DNA of 64,000 nt from Blepharisma stoltei ATCC 30299 (GCA_965603825.1 CBFDEM010000039.1:248001-312000), one strand, 5' to 3'. Shown: positions 45,642 to 57,525, counted from the stretch's first letter. The notes: a model not told the origin generated them from the letters alone. Numbers and translations: made by a program.

Positions 45642-47615
45642 TTATATTGCATGCCGATGTCTGTATGCTAAATAAGAATTGAGTTCATTTTGAGGTAAAG
45701 CTAAAATCAATGCTTTCCCTTCCTATTTAGAAAATACTGGTATTTCTTCTAGTTTTGCGAGAATTGAGCAAGCGACTCTTGAGGTCTTCAAGTCATTATC
45801 CAAAAAGAAAGTACAAGTCAAGCAATGAAGATCCCCATTATTTGGTAGCATAGATAAGAACTATTTATATCTCACTTTTAAGCATTCATCTCTTGAGGAC
45901 AGTAGTGTATCTAATTCATAATACATTTTTCTTATCCCTTTAATTTTTTCTTTAGCAAATGCAATTCTAATCCTGGTCAATAATTTATATATCAAATATT
46001 GAGGCTCTCTTTCATCAGCAAATATTTTCCCTTTATAATGATTTGAATAATACTCAAACTCAACTGAGCCCCTCCAATCCCTTGCTCTTTGAAGTTTGCT
46101 TCCTTTTTCTTGAAAATCCTCTTCAAATATGGCCAAATCAATGATATTTTGTGTATAATCAAAAAACTGGCTTCGTATATAAGATTCTTTATTATGCTCA
46201 CTAGGCAAATTTTCCAGTAAAAAAGAAATAAAATTTAGATCTGCTTCTAGAGGTGGTGGCAAATGAGAAATAATTTCTCCAGAGTCAAGATCTCCAAATA
46301 TATCTCACCATTGAGGGCGGATCTTAAATAAGGGATTTGTAACTCCTGCAATAAAAAACTGAGAATTCAAAAAATCAAGGTTATTCAGATGAGCATATGG
46401 GTGCAAATGCAAATCAGCAATATTTATCAATGGAGGGCTCGCTAGTTGTGTCAGAGCACAGGCGAAAGTACATACTTCTCATGCTGGCTTATTTTTGGAG
46501 AATAAAATTATCTAAATAGAATTCACTCGTTTTCCTCTAATTAAGGCATCATAAAGTGACATTGTTTTTTCTTTGAAAATTGACAACAATGGTAAAAATG
46601 ACACTGGCATGATTTCAGAAGCTTCCAATGTGCAGTCAATTTCAAAATACATATTTCGATTTAAAAAAGTAGTCTCTATTATTTCATTTGTGAAATTTTC
46701 TGAAAGCTGCTTATAATAAAGCCATTTGGCGATTCTTGATTCTTCTTCTGACAAAATTGGTAATTTTTCTCAATTAGCATTATTTAACGAGTTATAGACT
46801 TGTATTGCAATTTCTTCTTGTGAATATTCTTCTGAAAAAATCATTTCTAAAGCTACCAATAGTAAATTCTGTATATTTATTACTCTATAACAGTAAAAAT
46901 GTTTCTGCTTGGTACATACACCTATAGACATAGCTTTTGCTCCTCTTGCATAATCATCAGAATGCTTTATCATAACCACGCTGATTCCATAAGTAATCTC
47001 AGTTTGTTCAATTGGTATTTGCATACTAATTCCTCCTTTTTCATCATTTAATGCTTCTTCATAATGAAGCAACTCTTCAAGTTCTTCTTGTGTATCTTTT
47101 TTAAAAAATATTCCAACAGCTTCTCCGTCTTCTGTATAAAGTGAAGCAAAATTTGAATCTAATGCAGTATACTGTAAGTCTTGATGGGTTTTTCTATATG
47201 AAATCTACATAGATTCAATGATTTTTCCTTCTTGATAAGCGTCTATATATCATAATTCTTCCTCTTTTCTGACTTTTAAAATGCAGCCATTTTCGTCATC
47301 TTTTGACTTAAGTTTTCATTCTTGAAGATCTTGATCGAATTTGTAAATATCAACAGAGTGCTCTATTTTGCTTAATCTCCAGAATCTATATAAGAAATAC
47401 TTGGGATGAGATGAAATTGAAGCTGCTTTACTTTCTTTTCTTTCTCTTAAAATAAAGATGCTTGTGTCTTGATTGTGATTGTGCAATCCTTCTGCTAGTA
47501 GATAAGGCGCAAGATTTCTAAGTTAGGAATACTCTGAATGAGCGCGAGGATACTGAAAGTTTATTATTGCTCCTTCTGTTTGATGAAATTCAGCGACTAA
47601 TACAAGATCTGCTAT
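45642..47615 (-). CDS. Afi1/SPA (DENN-like) polarity or trafficking protein, about 622 aa; seven 15-nt introns, 5 TGA=Trp, no ATG at the conserved N-terminus
   Basis: LVLVAEFH..EGA....YP, LAPYLLAEGLH, RGAKAMSIGVCT, ALIRGKRIILF, FIAGVTNPLF...W(W)DIFGDL; introns at 47518-47532, 47386-47400, 47194-47208, 46869-46883, 46512-46526, 45861-45875 and 45723-45737. Confidence 0.8.
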
Positions 47616-47634
47616 TTTATTATGAAATTATTAA

Positions 47635-48045
47635 TTAAATCATAGGACCTTGATCAGGACTTTGAGAGTCTCAGTAGTCACATAATGTCATTTTATGGTT
47701 CCCTTTAACTTTATGCATTGTTTCCATCCATTCTTGGGTGTTAGCACAGCTATCAAGGCAAAATAGTAAAGAAATTCCAATATTTTCAACCCAGCTGTGC
47801 TTTAAATGCAAATTCTTTGCAAGATTATAAGAGTTATATATAGATCCAATACAGCAAAATATAACACCGCAAAGACATGCAGTAGGGCAAGCATTGGGAT
47901 TGGAGGGATCGGAAGCTTCTGCATTGTAAGCTTGCATCAATATGCCGGCTCCTGGAATTAACGCAAAAAGGCACATTGGGCAGTTTTTATCGCAATCAAA
48001 TAAATTATAGTCCCATTCAGATTCAATTTCTTGATATTTTTGCAT
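47635..48045 (-). CDS. PLAC8-family cysteine-rich protein, TGA=Trp near the end
   Basis: WDYNLFDC...CLFALIP...FCLDSCANTQE; TGA at 47671, then 11 codons to TAA. Confidence 0.75.
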
Positions 48046-48335
48046 AATGATTTTATTATAGGTTGAGCTAAATTCACTTCATAAACGATAATAAACTCAT
48101 TTTAAAATTTTTATTTAAGGAATTCCTAAAATCCATTCTATGAGAGGACAAAGAATAAAACTAAAACAGTTAGGAAGTATAAAATATGTGCTAAAGCTTT
48201 GCTTTTTAGTATTTAATTCTTGAATTGTTCCAATAGACCCGAAAGCTATGTTTTCAATTTTATTTATTCCTTATTAATACTCTGATAAATGCTTATTAGC
48301 AGCAATTCCAGACTATCAAGTAAATATTGATAAAA

Positions 48336-49718
48336 ATGGATGAAAAGAACATAGAAGAAAATAATGAAATACTTTTAGGAAGAAACAAAGCATTCTATCA
48401 TCGAAAAGCTATAAAATACCTGCACAACTTTTTTGCAAATCAGCCTAATACCATAAATAAGCTGCTGAATTCTACCCTCCCTATAAAGCAGCCTAAACAT
48501 ATTGAAATCAATAATTCGTTTGTCTCCCAATCTCCTCCCAAAAAATTGCCAAACCATTCAAAGAGTAATTCGCTTGCAAAACTATTAACTATCTCCAATA
48601 ATCCGAAACGAGCACCTATTCGTCCAAGTTCATCTACTTTATCCTCAAAATCTCTTGGTTTCAAAATGAAAGAAGTCCAAGAACGGAAAAATATTATCAA
48701 TTTCAATAGGCGGCGAACAAAAATCACCCTTCTAGAAGAACCACTACAATTTACTGAAGCAAGCCCAACATCAGTTTTACCTGAAGGAAAAACCCTTACC
48801 CAGCAAGCACTAAATTTTGTCATAAAAGAACTAACACGGCCAGATCGAGATATTGAGAAATTATATCATGTCACAAAGAAATTGAAATTTTTTGCACAGT
48901 ATAACGAAAATATTGTGAAAATGCTATTACAGCCTTCTGAATATGAATTTTATGCTAAAGGCGACTTTATCTTTAGAGAAGGAGACGATGGAAGACATAT
49001 ATGGGTAATTTTAAGTGGTTCTGTGTCTGTTCAAAAAGAGACTGATGAAACTACATCAGTCCCGTGAATAATTAATTCAAGATATGACGGAGAAGTCATA
49101 GGAGAATATGCAATTGTGAGGGGAAGCGTTAATATTGAGGCAGCTAAACGAAGTGCGACGTGTTTTGCAGGAGAAACTTGTCATATGCTAAAAATTAGTT
49201 CTGATGATTACATTCATGCTGTCCAAAGCCATATTGACACTGAAGGCTCAATTTTGAAATTTTTAAGAGAACTAAAAGCGTTAGAAAAAATCCCTTCTAT
49301 TGATCTCAAGTTATTATCTAATACAATTTCGCAGCAATATTACACGCTAAATCAAGTAATTTTGAACGCTGGGGAAGTCCCTAAAGGTATGTACATCATC
49401 TATAATGGAAGAGTGAGAATTTCTTACCCGACAAAAATCCCGAAAATTAACTATATAAAACAAAAAGTGTTTTACACTGAATCTATGAAGGATTTGTACT
49501 TACCACGTGGTATGTATTTTGGGCAGAGAATTCTGATGGGAGATAAGACACCGTGCTCTTATAAAATCACTTCTGAGAGTGCGGAAACTATTCTCTTGAT
49601 GATCACTCATCATGTATTTTTCTTATTATATAATCCTTATAGAGATGAAACTTTGCAGTATTTAGCAGAGACTCCACAATATGATATTAAGGTTCCAGTT
49701 CCTTTAAGATTTGAGTAG
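48336..49718 (+). CDS. Tandem cyclic-nucleotide-binding domain protein, TGA=Trp
   Basis: IFREGDDG..IWVILSGSV...GEYA...RSATC; second CNB GEVPKGMYIIYNGRV...FGQ; TGA at 49065. Confidence 0.85.
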
Positions 49719-49852
49719 CTTGAAATAATTTAAGTTTATTATTGTAATGTTCGGGGTTGCTTTTAAATGGATTTTTTGTATCAGCATTAATTAATTATAA
49801 TAAAGCAATATTTAGCTAATAATTATTTTGAACTGCAACATCTAATATTAAA

Positions 49853-51430
49853 TTAATCTCTAAACCATCTTTGTCTTTCACCATTTTTCCACAATCCCCT
49901 TCTTGTTTCTCCAGCAACTGAAGTGTAATAGCCTTCTCCATGCTGTTTTCCTCTTTCCCAGTTCCCTCTGAATATTCTGCCATCTGGCCAGAAATACTCT
50001 CCATAGCCATGCTTTTCATTATCTTGATAGTTTCCTTGATACATTCTTCCATCTGGCCATTTAAATATCCCATTTCCATTAAGTTTTCCATTGCCCCATT
50101 CTCCTTCATAGCTTCTCCCATCAGGCCACATATAAATCCCTTTTCCCCACATGAGATTATTATGGAAACCTCCTCTATACTCATTTCCACTATTCCATTT
50201 AAAAATCCCTTGCCCTTCTTTTTTCCCTGCCACATATTGCCCATCATACTTTGATCCATCTGGCCACTCTTCAACGCCATTCCCATGAGGCAAATCGTCA
50301 AAGAAGGTTCCGACATATTTTACACCATTCATATGATAATAAATCCCTGGTCCATGTGCTTTATTTTCAAACCAGTCACCTTCATATACATCTCTAAGTC
50401 TATGAATTAATCTTCCAAAGCCATTTTGCTTATCGTCAAAAAATCCACCTTCATATGAAACTCCTTCAGGCCATATGACTTTGCCTTTGCCTTCTCTGCC
50501 TGTTTTTCTCTTATTTAGCTCGCCTTTATAAATATACTCAGTAGTGGTACCATCCTTTCTCAATTCATTCGAGACTTCAGCATTTCTCTTTGGGCGCTTT
50601 GCCGTTAAGTCAAGAGGGAGTTTTTCTAAGACCCCTTGGTCATTTCTTGCATAGTAATAATAATGATCTTGAGAAAACTGCAGCTTTCCCAGCTGGGCTT
50701 CTATTTCTCCTATATGAGGATAAAGCTTATAAAATTCTGTGATTTTTTGTTCTGCGCTTTTTTCTCCAACTCTTTTATTCGAAGCTTCTTCCACTTTCCC
50801 TAGCACTTGTGCTATAGCTGAAAACGTCGAAATTTTTATAATTTTTTGTTTTGACTCAGAAGCTCCTTTTAATGCACATTCATCGATATATTTTAATAGA
50901 AGCTCATAAATGGCTTCAGTATCGTAGTCTATTTCATCGTGATAAGAAATTTCACCTAGTGTTGACTCTAATAAAGAGCAGCCTTCATAGAAGGAATCTT
51001 CTTGCTCTGGAAGTTTCTCTTGGAAAATCATTCTTGTTGACTCAAAATTGGTCACAAGATTCATGATTTGGCGAATTTTTAGTTTGTTGGCGTAAATTCT
51101 GTCAATTCAAACTTCCATTTGGGCCGTTCTCAAGGTAAGATCAGGGCGATGCTTAAGATTTTCGTTTTCGAAAATGTACTCAATAGTGGGAGAATCATTG
51201 CCGAAAGTGACTGTAAAGTATACTTTAACTGTAGCTTCTGGGACTGGCTTAGATGAAGTAGGCTTGCTAAATTCTGCTATATATCTAAATAACAGTTACT
51301 TGAAGTCATTGAAGCTTCTTTCAACAAATCTTACCATGTAGTAATATCTCTCTGTTCAATTGCTGATGAGCTGCTCCACTGATTTTTTGCCTTCATCTTT
51401 CCAAATTTCTTCATCTAGATTCTCTACCAT
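49853..51430 (-). CDS. AKAP28/AKAP14-like N-terminal domain plus MORN-repeat protein; 15-nt intron; 2 TGA=Trp
   Basis: ATG 51430; YIAEFSKPTSSKPVPEATVKVYF...YIFE...(W)IDRI; about 9 YxGxWxxGxxHGxG MORN repeats. Confidence 0.8.
51285..51299 (-). other. 15-nt intron
   Basis: GTAACTGTTATTTAG contains an in-frame TAA; removal opens the frame. Confidence 0.88.
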
Positions 51431-51711
51431 GGTTTTAAAATTTCTAAATCAAAACTTATTAAAATTAACAGATATGTAATGAACATCATGAAAAGCCTAT
51501 TGAGTGACGTTTAAAGCAATTTAAGCTTATTTTTAAAGCAAAACTTTAATTTTTTGCCCATGGTAGCTATTTGATTATTTATTTGTTTTTTGAATTCTGA
51601 CTCAAATTAATCCAATTAATCAATTTTTACCTTTTCTTTATTTATTTAAAGCTTTATGGTTTTTGTATAATCCTTTGATTAACTTAATTAAGATGATCAT
51701 AATAATAAGCA

Positions 51712-52272
51712 ATGGTGAAAAGCGACCCTACACTCGCAATGCACATCAGAGAGTATATCATTGCTGGCCGAAGACTTCCTTCTGAAAAAGACGAAAATCC
51801 TACCATCTATAGGATGAGAATCTTTGCAAGTGATGAAGTCAAAGCCAAATCAAGATTTTGGTATTTCGTAAAGAGAATGAACAAAATCAAGCCATCTCAC
51901 GGTGAAATCGTTTCTGTCAAAGAAATCAAAGAAAAAAGAACTCTGCATGCCAAAACCTATGGTATTACTTTGAGATACGAAACTAGGACTGGAGTCACTA
52001 ACATGTACAAAGAATACAGAGAAACTTCACTATGTGGTGCAATTGGCAGACTTTATATGGATATGGCAGGCCGCCATAGAGCAAGACCTGAAACAATCCA
52101 TATTGTCCACACCAAAGTGTTGCACACCTATGATCAAGTTAAGCGTTCAACAACAGGACAATTTTATAACTCAAAAATCAGATTCCCACTATTGCACGAA
52201 ACTGTGAGAGCACCTTCTAAAGCCCTGAGATCAACTTTTGTCGCTGCAAGACCTCTTACTCGTAGTCACTAA
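51712..52272 (+). CDS. RPL18A: 60S ribosomal protein L18a (eL20)
   Basis: YRMRIFA, AKSRFWYF, NMYKEYR, YMDMAGRHRAR, IRFPL. Confidence 0.97.
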   Translation: MVKSDPTLAMHIREYIIAGRRLPSEKDENPTIYRMRIFASDEVKAKSRFWYFVKRMNKIKPSHGEIVSVKEIKEKRTLHAKTYGITLRYETRTGVTNMYKEYRETSLCGAIGRLYMDMAGRHRARPETIHIVHTKVLHTYDQVKRSTTGQFYNSKIRFPLLHETVRAPSKALRSTFVAARPLTRSH

Positions 52273-53067
52273 CTAACTTAGTTATTAAATTTAGTCCTTT
52301 TTATTTTTATTTATCTAACTCTTAAGTGCTTTACTTAAATGCATGATTCTCTAAGAGTAATGATCAGATGGAATGATTTATAGCTTAAAAAAGATAATTA
52401 ATCTCATAAAGGCAGATAAAATATTATTTTTAATTGAAATAAATTTTAACTTCTCAATATTATAGCTGATAAATAAGATTTTATTATTTCATTGCATGAA
52501 AAGTCTTATAAACTCCTCTGATTCCTTAATCCCAAATCGAAAACTCAAAAAATCTTATATCTTGCTCTATTTCTCTCAAGTAATGCTGAGCTGGACGACT
52601 TAAAGGCTTATAGATGTGCAAGTGCATAGTCATCTTCTGTCCTGGCCTCAATCTTGCAATTGGTTTCATAAATTTCCTGCTTTTATATTAAGTATATGTC
52701 ATCCAATGATAATTTTTCTCACCACTTTCTTTAATAGAGGGCTTTTAAATCATAAAAGCTCATAGCAGAAAGAATCCTGGCCAATAGGAGCTGAAATCCT
52801 GTCTCATACATTGTTTTGACATTTAGATAAGTTTATATATAAGAATTTGCCTAAATAAAATGAATAAATGAAATACAAATTGAAGATTAGAAAATAGTTA
52901 AAGCATCGTTTCACTTGCAGTGAAAGCCATAAAATATATCTACTAGCTGAAGATATTTATTATATATCAATAATACTAGTAACTAGCTTAAAAATAAAGC
53001 CGAAATAATTTTCTTTTATTCTATAAAATAAATCTGATTTTTTCATATATAATTTATAATATTTAAC

Positions 53068-54921
53068 TTATTGGTTTTCCCATCCAATTTCCTGCAAAAA
53101 ATTTTCAATGCTTTTTTCTTTTCCCTTACATTTAACATCAGTAACTTCTTCAGCTACAATTAACTTGGTTTTGCTTTTCTTTTTGCTGCATTTTGAAATC
53201 TCATAAATTTCCTGCATATTTTTTGGTATTTGATTCTCGTCAACTTCAGTATTTTCTAACAATTCATCGATGTTCGCATAGTCAAGCACAGCTGTTTTTT
53301 CTTTTTTCTTCGGAGCTAGATTTTCTGATTGATTTAATCCTTTAATATAATCTGCTTTGCTTTTTTCTTTTATTATTCTAAGTAAATGATATGCAGTTCT
53401 TTTTTCATCTAAATCGCTGCAGAAATCATAGATGGACTCTGGTGAAATTCCGTCTTGCTTTGACAGCTTTTGGTAAAGTGAAAAGTACGGCAAGTTTTGT
53501 GATTTGTCCCAGCCTGAAGAAATAAAAATATCTTGCGAGCTATTTCTTGGTTTAAAAGATTCTTTTTGGGTGAAATGCTTGAGGATATATTTGGAGTATT
53601 TTAAGATAAAAGGGGATGAGTCTATTGTTGACAGCTCTTCAATTGTTCTAGGCTTAGCTTTTGCTATTTTTATTAATGAAGTCTGTGAGACTAAAAATTC
53701 TGGGCTTTCGTCTTCCATTCTTGCAATCAAGTCTCTAAATTGGCCTAGTTTGTTTAGGATTTTGTCTGGATTCTGGAAAGAGTATTCTCCTTTTATATAA
53801 GAATTCAAACAAAGTTGTTTTGAAGCTTCAAGCACTGAAAGCACAAATGAAAGGTGGTGGATTCCTATATTCATTGCCTTGTGTATTAATTCTTCTTTAA
53901 CTTTATCATAAATAAATAGCAAATAGTGAGTATCCATTCTTGCATATTTAACCATATCGTCTGTTAATGGTCTAAGCCTCCAATCTGCAAGCTGGTATCG
54001 CTTATCAGCATCAATAGCACAATATTCTTTCAATAAAAATGCCAAGCTGAAAGAGCTTTTATTAAGCTCTCTGGATGCTATTCCTGTATCAAACATATTT
54101 ACTAAATAAAGCCCAAAATCTCTTTGAAGCCAATAAATATCATTTATGGCTCCATGCATAACTTTGACTATTTTTGGACTTGCAAAAATTTCTCCAAGCA
54201 GGTAGATTTTATCAGGAATTTTTAAAGGATCAATGATATAATCCTTAAATCTAGTAGAAATCTGAATCAAGCATAGAAATCCTTGATAGCTTCTTAGTGA
54301 ATGATGCTCCAAGTCTACAGCAATTTCTCGCTCATTGCTTATTTCTTCAATTACTTTTTCTAAGTCGCTTAAATTGTCCACAATTTGTAAAGGAGTTGAC
54401 TCTAGGTCAGGGAAATAAGAATCAATTGGGTTTACTTGCCATTTGGTAAACTCTAGTGTTTCGAGCTCATTTTTGTAAGGATTATTAAATAATAATGGAG
54501 GAAGTTTAGTTGACAAGTCGCCAAAGCGCATTTGTTGAGCTTTCAAGGTATAATCAATCATTTCTTCTTTCCCATGAAATTTGTTTAGGAGTTTAGGGAC
54601 GAATGGAAATGAGGAATTGTCTATAATAAAGGGAAAGGAATTTTGGGGCTTTGGCAGCAAATATGCATTAGATTCTTGCAGAGCCAGAGGAACTCCTGCA
54701 TATATTGCTGAAAATTGATCTTGAAGTGCATATTTATATGAGACATCTTCTATAGTAGCATAGGCATTTTCATCATTTTGGACTAGATTTTCGCTATTAG
54801 CAGAATAATCTGTAAATTCATTGAAAAAGCTATAATATTGTGTCGAAGATCCCTCCCACATCGATGAATAAAAGTCTCTCATACTTTGAGGATCTAAAAT
54901 ACTGTTAGAATATTCAGACAT
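53068..54921 (-). CDS. RRP6: Exosome 3'-5' exonuclease Rrp6/EXOSC10
   Basis: IAVDLEHH..RSYQGF.CLIQISTR, WLQRDFG, YQLADWRLRPL, YARMDTHYLL; HRDC-like ARMEDES. Confidence 0.93.
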   Translation of the reverse strand: MSEYSNSILDPQSMRDFYSSMWEGSSTQYYSFFNEFTDYSANSENLVQNDENAYATIEDVSYKYALQDQFSAIYAGVPLALQESNAYLLPKPQNSFPFIIDNSSFPFVPKLLNKFHGKEEMIDYTLKAQQMRFGDLSTKLPPLLFNNPYKNELETLEFTKWQVNPIDSYFPDLESTPLQIVDNLSDLEKVIEEISNEREIAVDLEHHSLRSYQGFLCLIQISTRFKDYIIDPLKIPDKIYLLGEIFASPKIVKVMHGAINDIYWLQRDFGLYLVNMFDTGIASRELNKSSFSLAFLLKEYCAIDADKRYQLADWRLRPLTDDMVKYARMDTHYLLFIYDKVKEELIHKAMNIGIHHLSFVLSVLEASKQLCLNSYIKGEYSFQNPDKILNKLGQFRDLIARMEDESPEFLVSQTSLIKIAKAKPRTIEELSTIDSSPFILKYSKYILKHFTQKESFKPRNSSQDIFISSGWDKSQNLPYFSLYQKLSKQDGISPESIYDFCSDLDEKRTAYHLLRIIKEKSKADYIKGLNQSENLAPKKKEKTAVLDYANIDELLENTEVDENQIPKNMQEIYEISKCSKKKSKTKLIVAEEVTDVKCKGKEKSIENFLQEIGWENQ

Positions 54922-55107
54922 TAAATTTATATCTAACGAGAAATTCCCCTTTTAAATAGAAAATACCGTTAACACAAAAAAAATCATTTAAAGCTAAGGT
55001 TACTCAATTGTGATTATTTTTTGACTATTTACTCAAAAAAATAAAAATGTTAAATCGTTAAGACCGACCGGAAAATCATAAAGAAGGATGATTGTAATAT
55101 CTTTATT

Positions 55108-55962
55108 ATGGCATCTTCGTTAACTACAACAGATACCTATTCTGAATATGGGTACCTAAAGTATCCTTATTTGTCGGTTAAAGTTATAGAATTGAGAAAT
55201 TTAGAAAGTTTTAGCGAAAATTCACAAGAATTCAGCCCTTACATTAAGTTTACAAGAGATTCTTATTCCTTTAAAACAAGGCCAAAACAAACAAAAAACT
55301 CTGCCTTTTATATGGAAAACTTTGATATTCAATTAGACGGATTTGAAAGTTTGACTTGCTGCTTGATGGACCACGATGAATTTGATGGGGATATCGTTAT
55401 ATCTGGAGTGATATTTTCTATAGAAACACTCAAACAGTGGAAAAAAGGAAAGCAGCTGTGAATTAAGTTCAGCGAAAATGATTTATCTGAAACTTTTAGC
55501 AGTTTGGAAGATGGATGTCTTAAGACATTTACCGAAGATATGGAAGAAAAAAATCCAAATAATTCTAAAAGTCCATTAGCTTTGCTGGAATTCACTTATT
55601 TTGGACTAGAAACATCAAAAGAAATCCAAATAGAAATTATTAGTCATGAGACTATTATAAAGGACGGAGAAGTGTTTACTGAATACCAAATGCTTTTGGC
55701 CAGAAAAGATGGGATGAATTGGAAAGTTAAATTTAGATATTCACAGCTCAGAGAAATAAGATCAAAGCTTATAAAAAAATTTCGGGAAATAAAACATTTA
55801 AGATTCCCAAGCAAAACATTTACTATAAAAAGAAAATTAAAAGGTAAGGTTGTTGAAAGAAGAAAAATAGAAATAGAAAATTTTTTGAACTGCGTGGTTA
55901 GAGGGCAATACCAAAATCACTGCAAAGAATTTAATGAATTTTTAAATCTCCCAGATATATAA
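55108..55962 (+). CDS. C2-domain plus PX-domain protein, TGA=Trp
   Basis: C2: LSVKVIELRNL...SPYI...MDHDEFDGD; PX: WKVKFRYSQL...FPSK...VERRK.EIENFL; TGA at 55459. Confidence 0.8.
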
Positions 55963-56084
55963 TCTAAAATTTATTCGGTATTTTCATATAATTTAATACT
56001 GTTAGCTTAAGATCCATTCTACTGCTTGAAGCTTTTCTTGCAATAATCTTCAAAATGCAGAAATAAGTTAAATATAAATTTAAA

Positions 56085-57485
56085 ATGTCAAAAACACCGA
56101 TTAAAGGCAGCACATTCATTGCAACAGATGAGAGCAGGGACCGAAATTGAACCGAATGGGACATTGACAAAGATGAGTATGAGTATTCAAGAGAAAGCTT
56201 TCAAAAAGAAAACTCAATTCTGTTTCAAGATGAGCTTGACGAAGCCCAAAGAAGCAACGAAGATTTAATTATCGATAACAGGGAACTTTATGGCTCTCAC
56301 GGCCATTCAGGAAAAAGAAGAATATTTAGTGACTTAGAAGAGCCTTTAAAAAGTGAAGATATGAGAGTCTTGAAATCAGCTGATGATTTCTTAAAAAACA
56401 CTTCAGAATTGAAAAGCTTATTATTGAAGAAACCTGAAGGGACTGATATGAAAGAGCCACATCAAAAGTTGTTGAATAATATCAATGAAATGCTGATAAA
56501 AAATAATTTTGAGCCTTTGGATCAAGGTATAAATATTCAAACATTATTATGTGCTTTGAATGAAGTTTTGAGTGCTTTTGATAAGAGATATATTGACGAA
56601 AATGAAGACACAGAGCTTATTTTTAAAAAATTCTATGGTAGAAACTCCAGCCCAAAAAACCCTATGGATCTTAAAACCTTTGAATTAATATTAACTTATG
56701 AAAACAAGACAAAAGAACTCAACCAAAAAATCCAACAATTAGAAGAAAGCTTAAGAAATCCGCGATCCCATGGAAAATATCAAGAAATAGAAGAAAGCTA
56801 TAACGAGCTGAAAAATAATTATCACAAATTACAGCAAGAATTATCGAAATCTGAGTATTTAAACGAAGATTTATCAAAAAAAGCTGAAGAAAATAACGCA
56901 CTCATTAGTGAAATTTGTAAAATTCTTACATTAAAAGACCCGAAACATATAATTAAAGCCGTAGTAAAGTTAGAAAAAGTTTTACGTGCAGTTCCTCATC
57001 TTGAAAGATTTATCAAAGATGTTTGTGTCATAGTATTCCCTGAATTAAGAGAGGAAAGGAATAAATTAATTTGTAGCCAGAGAATGGATGACGTGATTCC
57101 AAAGCTTAAAAAAGCATTTTCTGAGCTAGATCAGCTAAGAAGAGCAAAAGAAAACAGCACCAGGAATAAAAGCCCAATGGACGAAATGAGAATTAATCAG
57201 GCTTCTTCAAGAAATAAAAGTCCTTTGGAAGATGCCAGCAGGACTACCCCAAAAAGCACAAGAAGGGAATTTTCGTTTGAAGAACAAGTCGTCCAGCATC
57301 TTTGCCATCTATATGAAATTCCTGAAGAAAAATCCATCATTTTGTCTACAATAGACCAGACATTTATTTTTGTACGCGAAATTGAATCGTTTTTAAGAAT
57401 ATCGAGGGCTGCTTTAAGCCTAGGTGAAGACGTTTCACTGAATGAAGTCCTTCACAACTTAAAAGTGTTAATAAAGAATATATAA
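56085..57485 (+). CDS. Coiled-coil protein resembling CEP70, TGA=Trp
   Basis: Frame extends to ATG 56085; C-terminal VVQHLCHLYEI...FLRISRAALSL resembles the CEP70 C-terminus. Confidence 0.6.
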
Positions 57486-57525
57486 ATACAAACTATCATT
57501 GAGTTTTTACTAAAAAAACCTAATT

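Noticed and set aside
52273-53067. Long spacer possibly holding an ncRNA or gene relic
   Set aside because: No convincing ORF under either code and no recognisable RNA motif; an Infernal/Rfam search would be needed.
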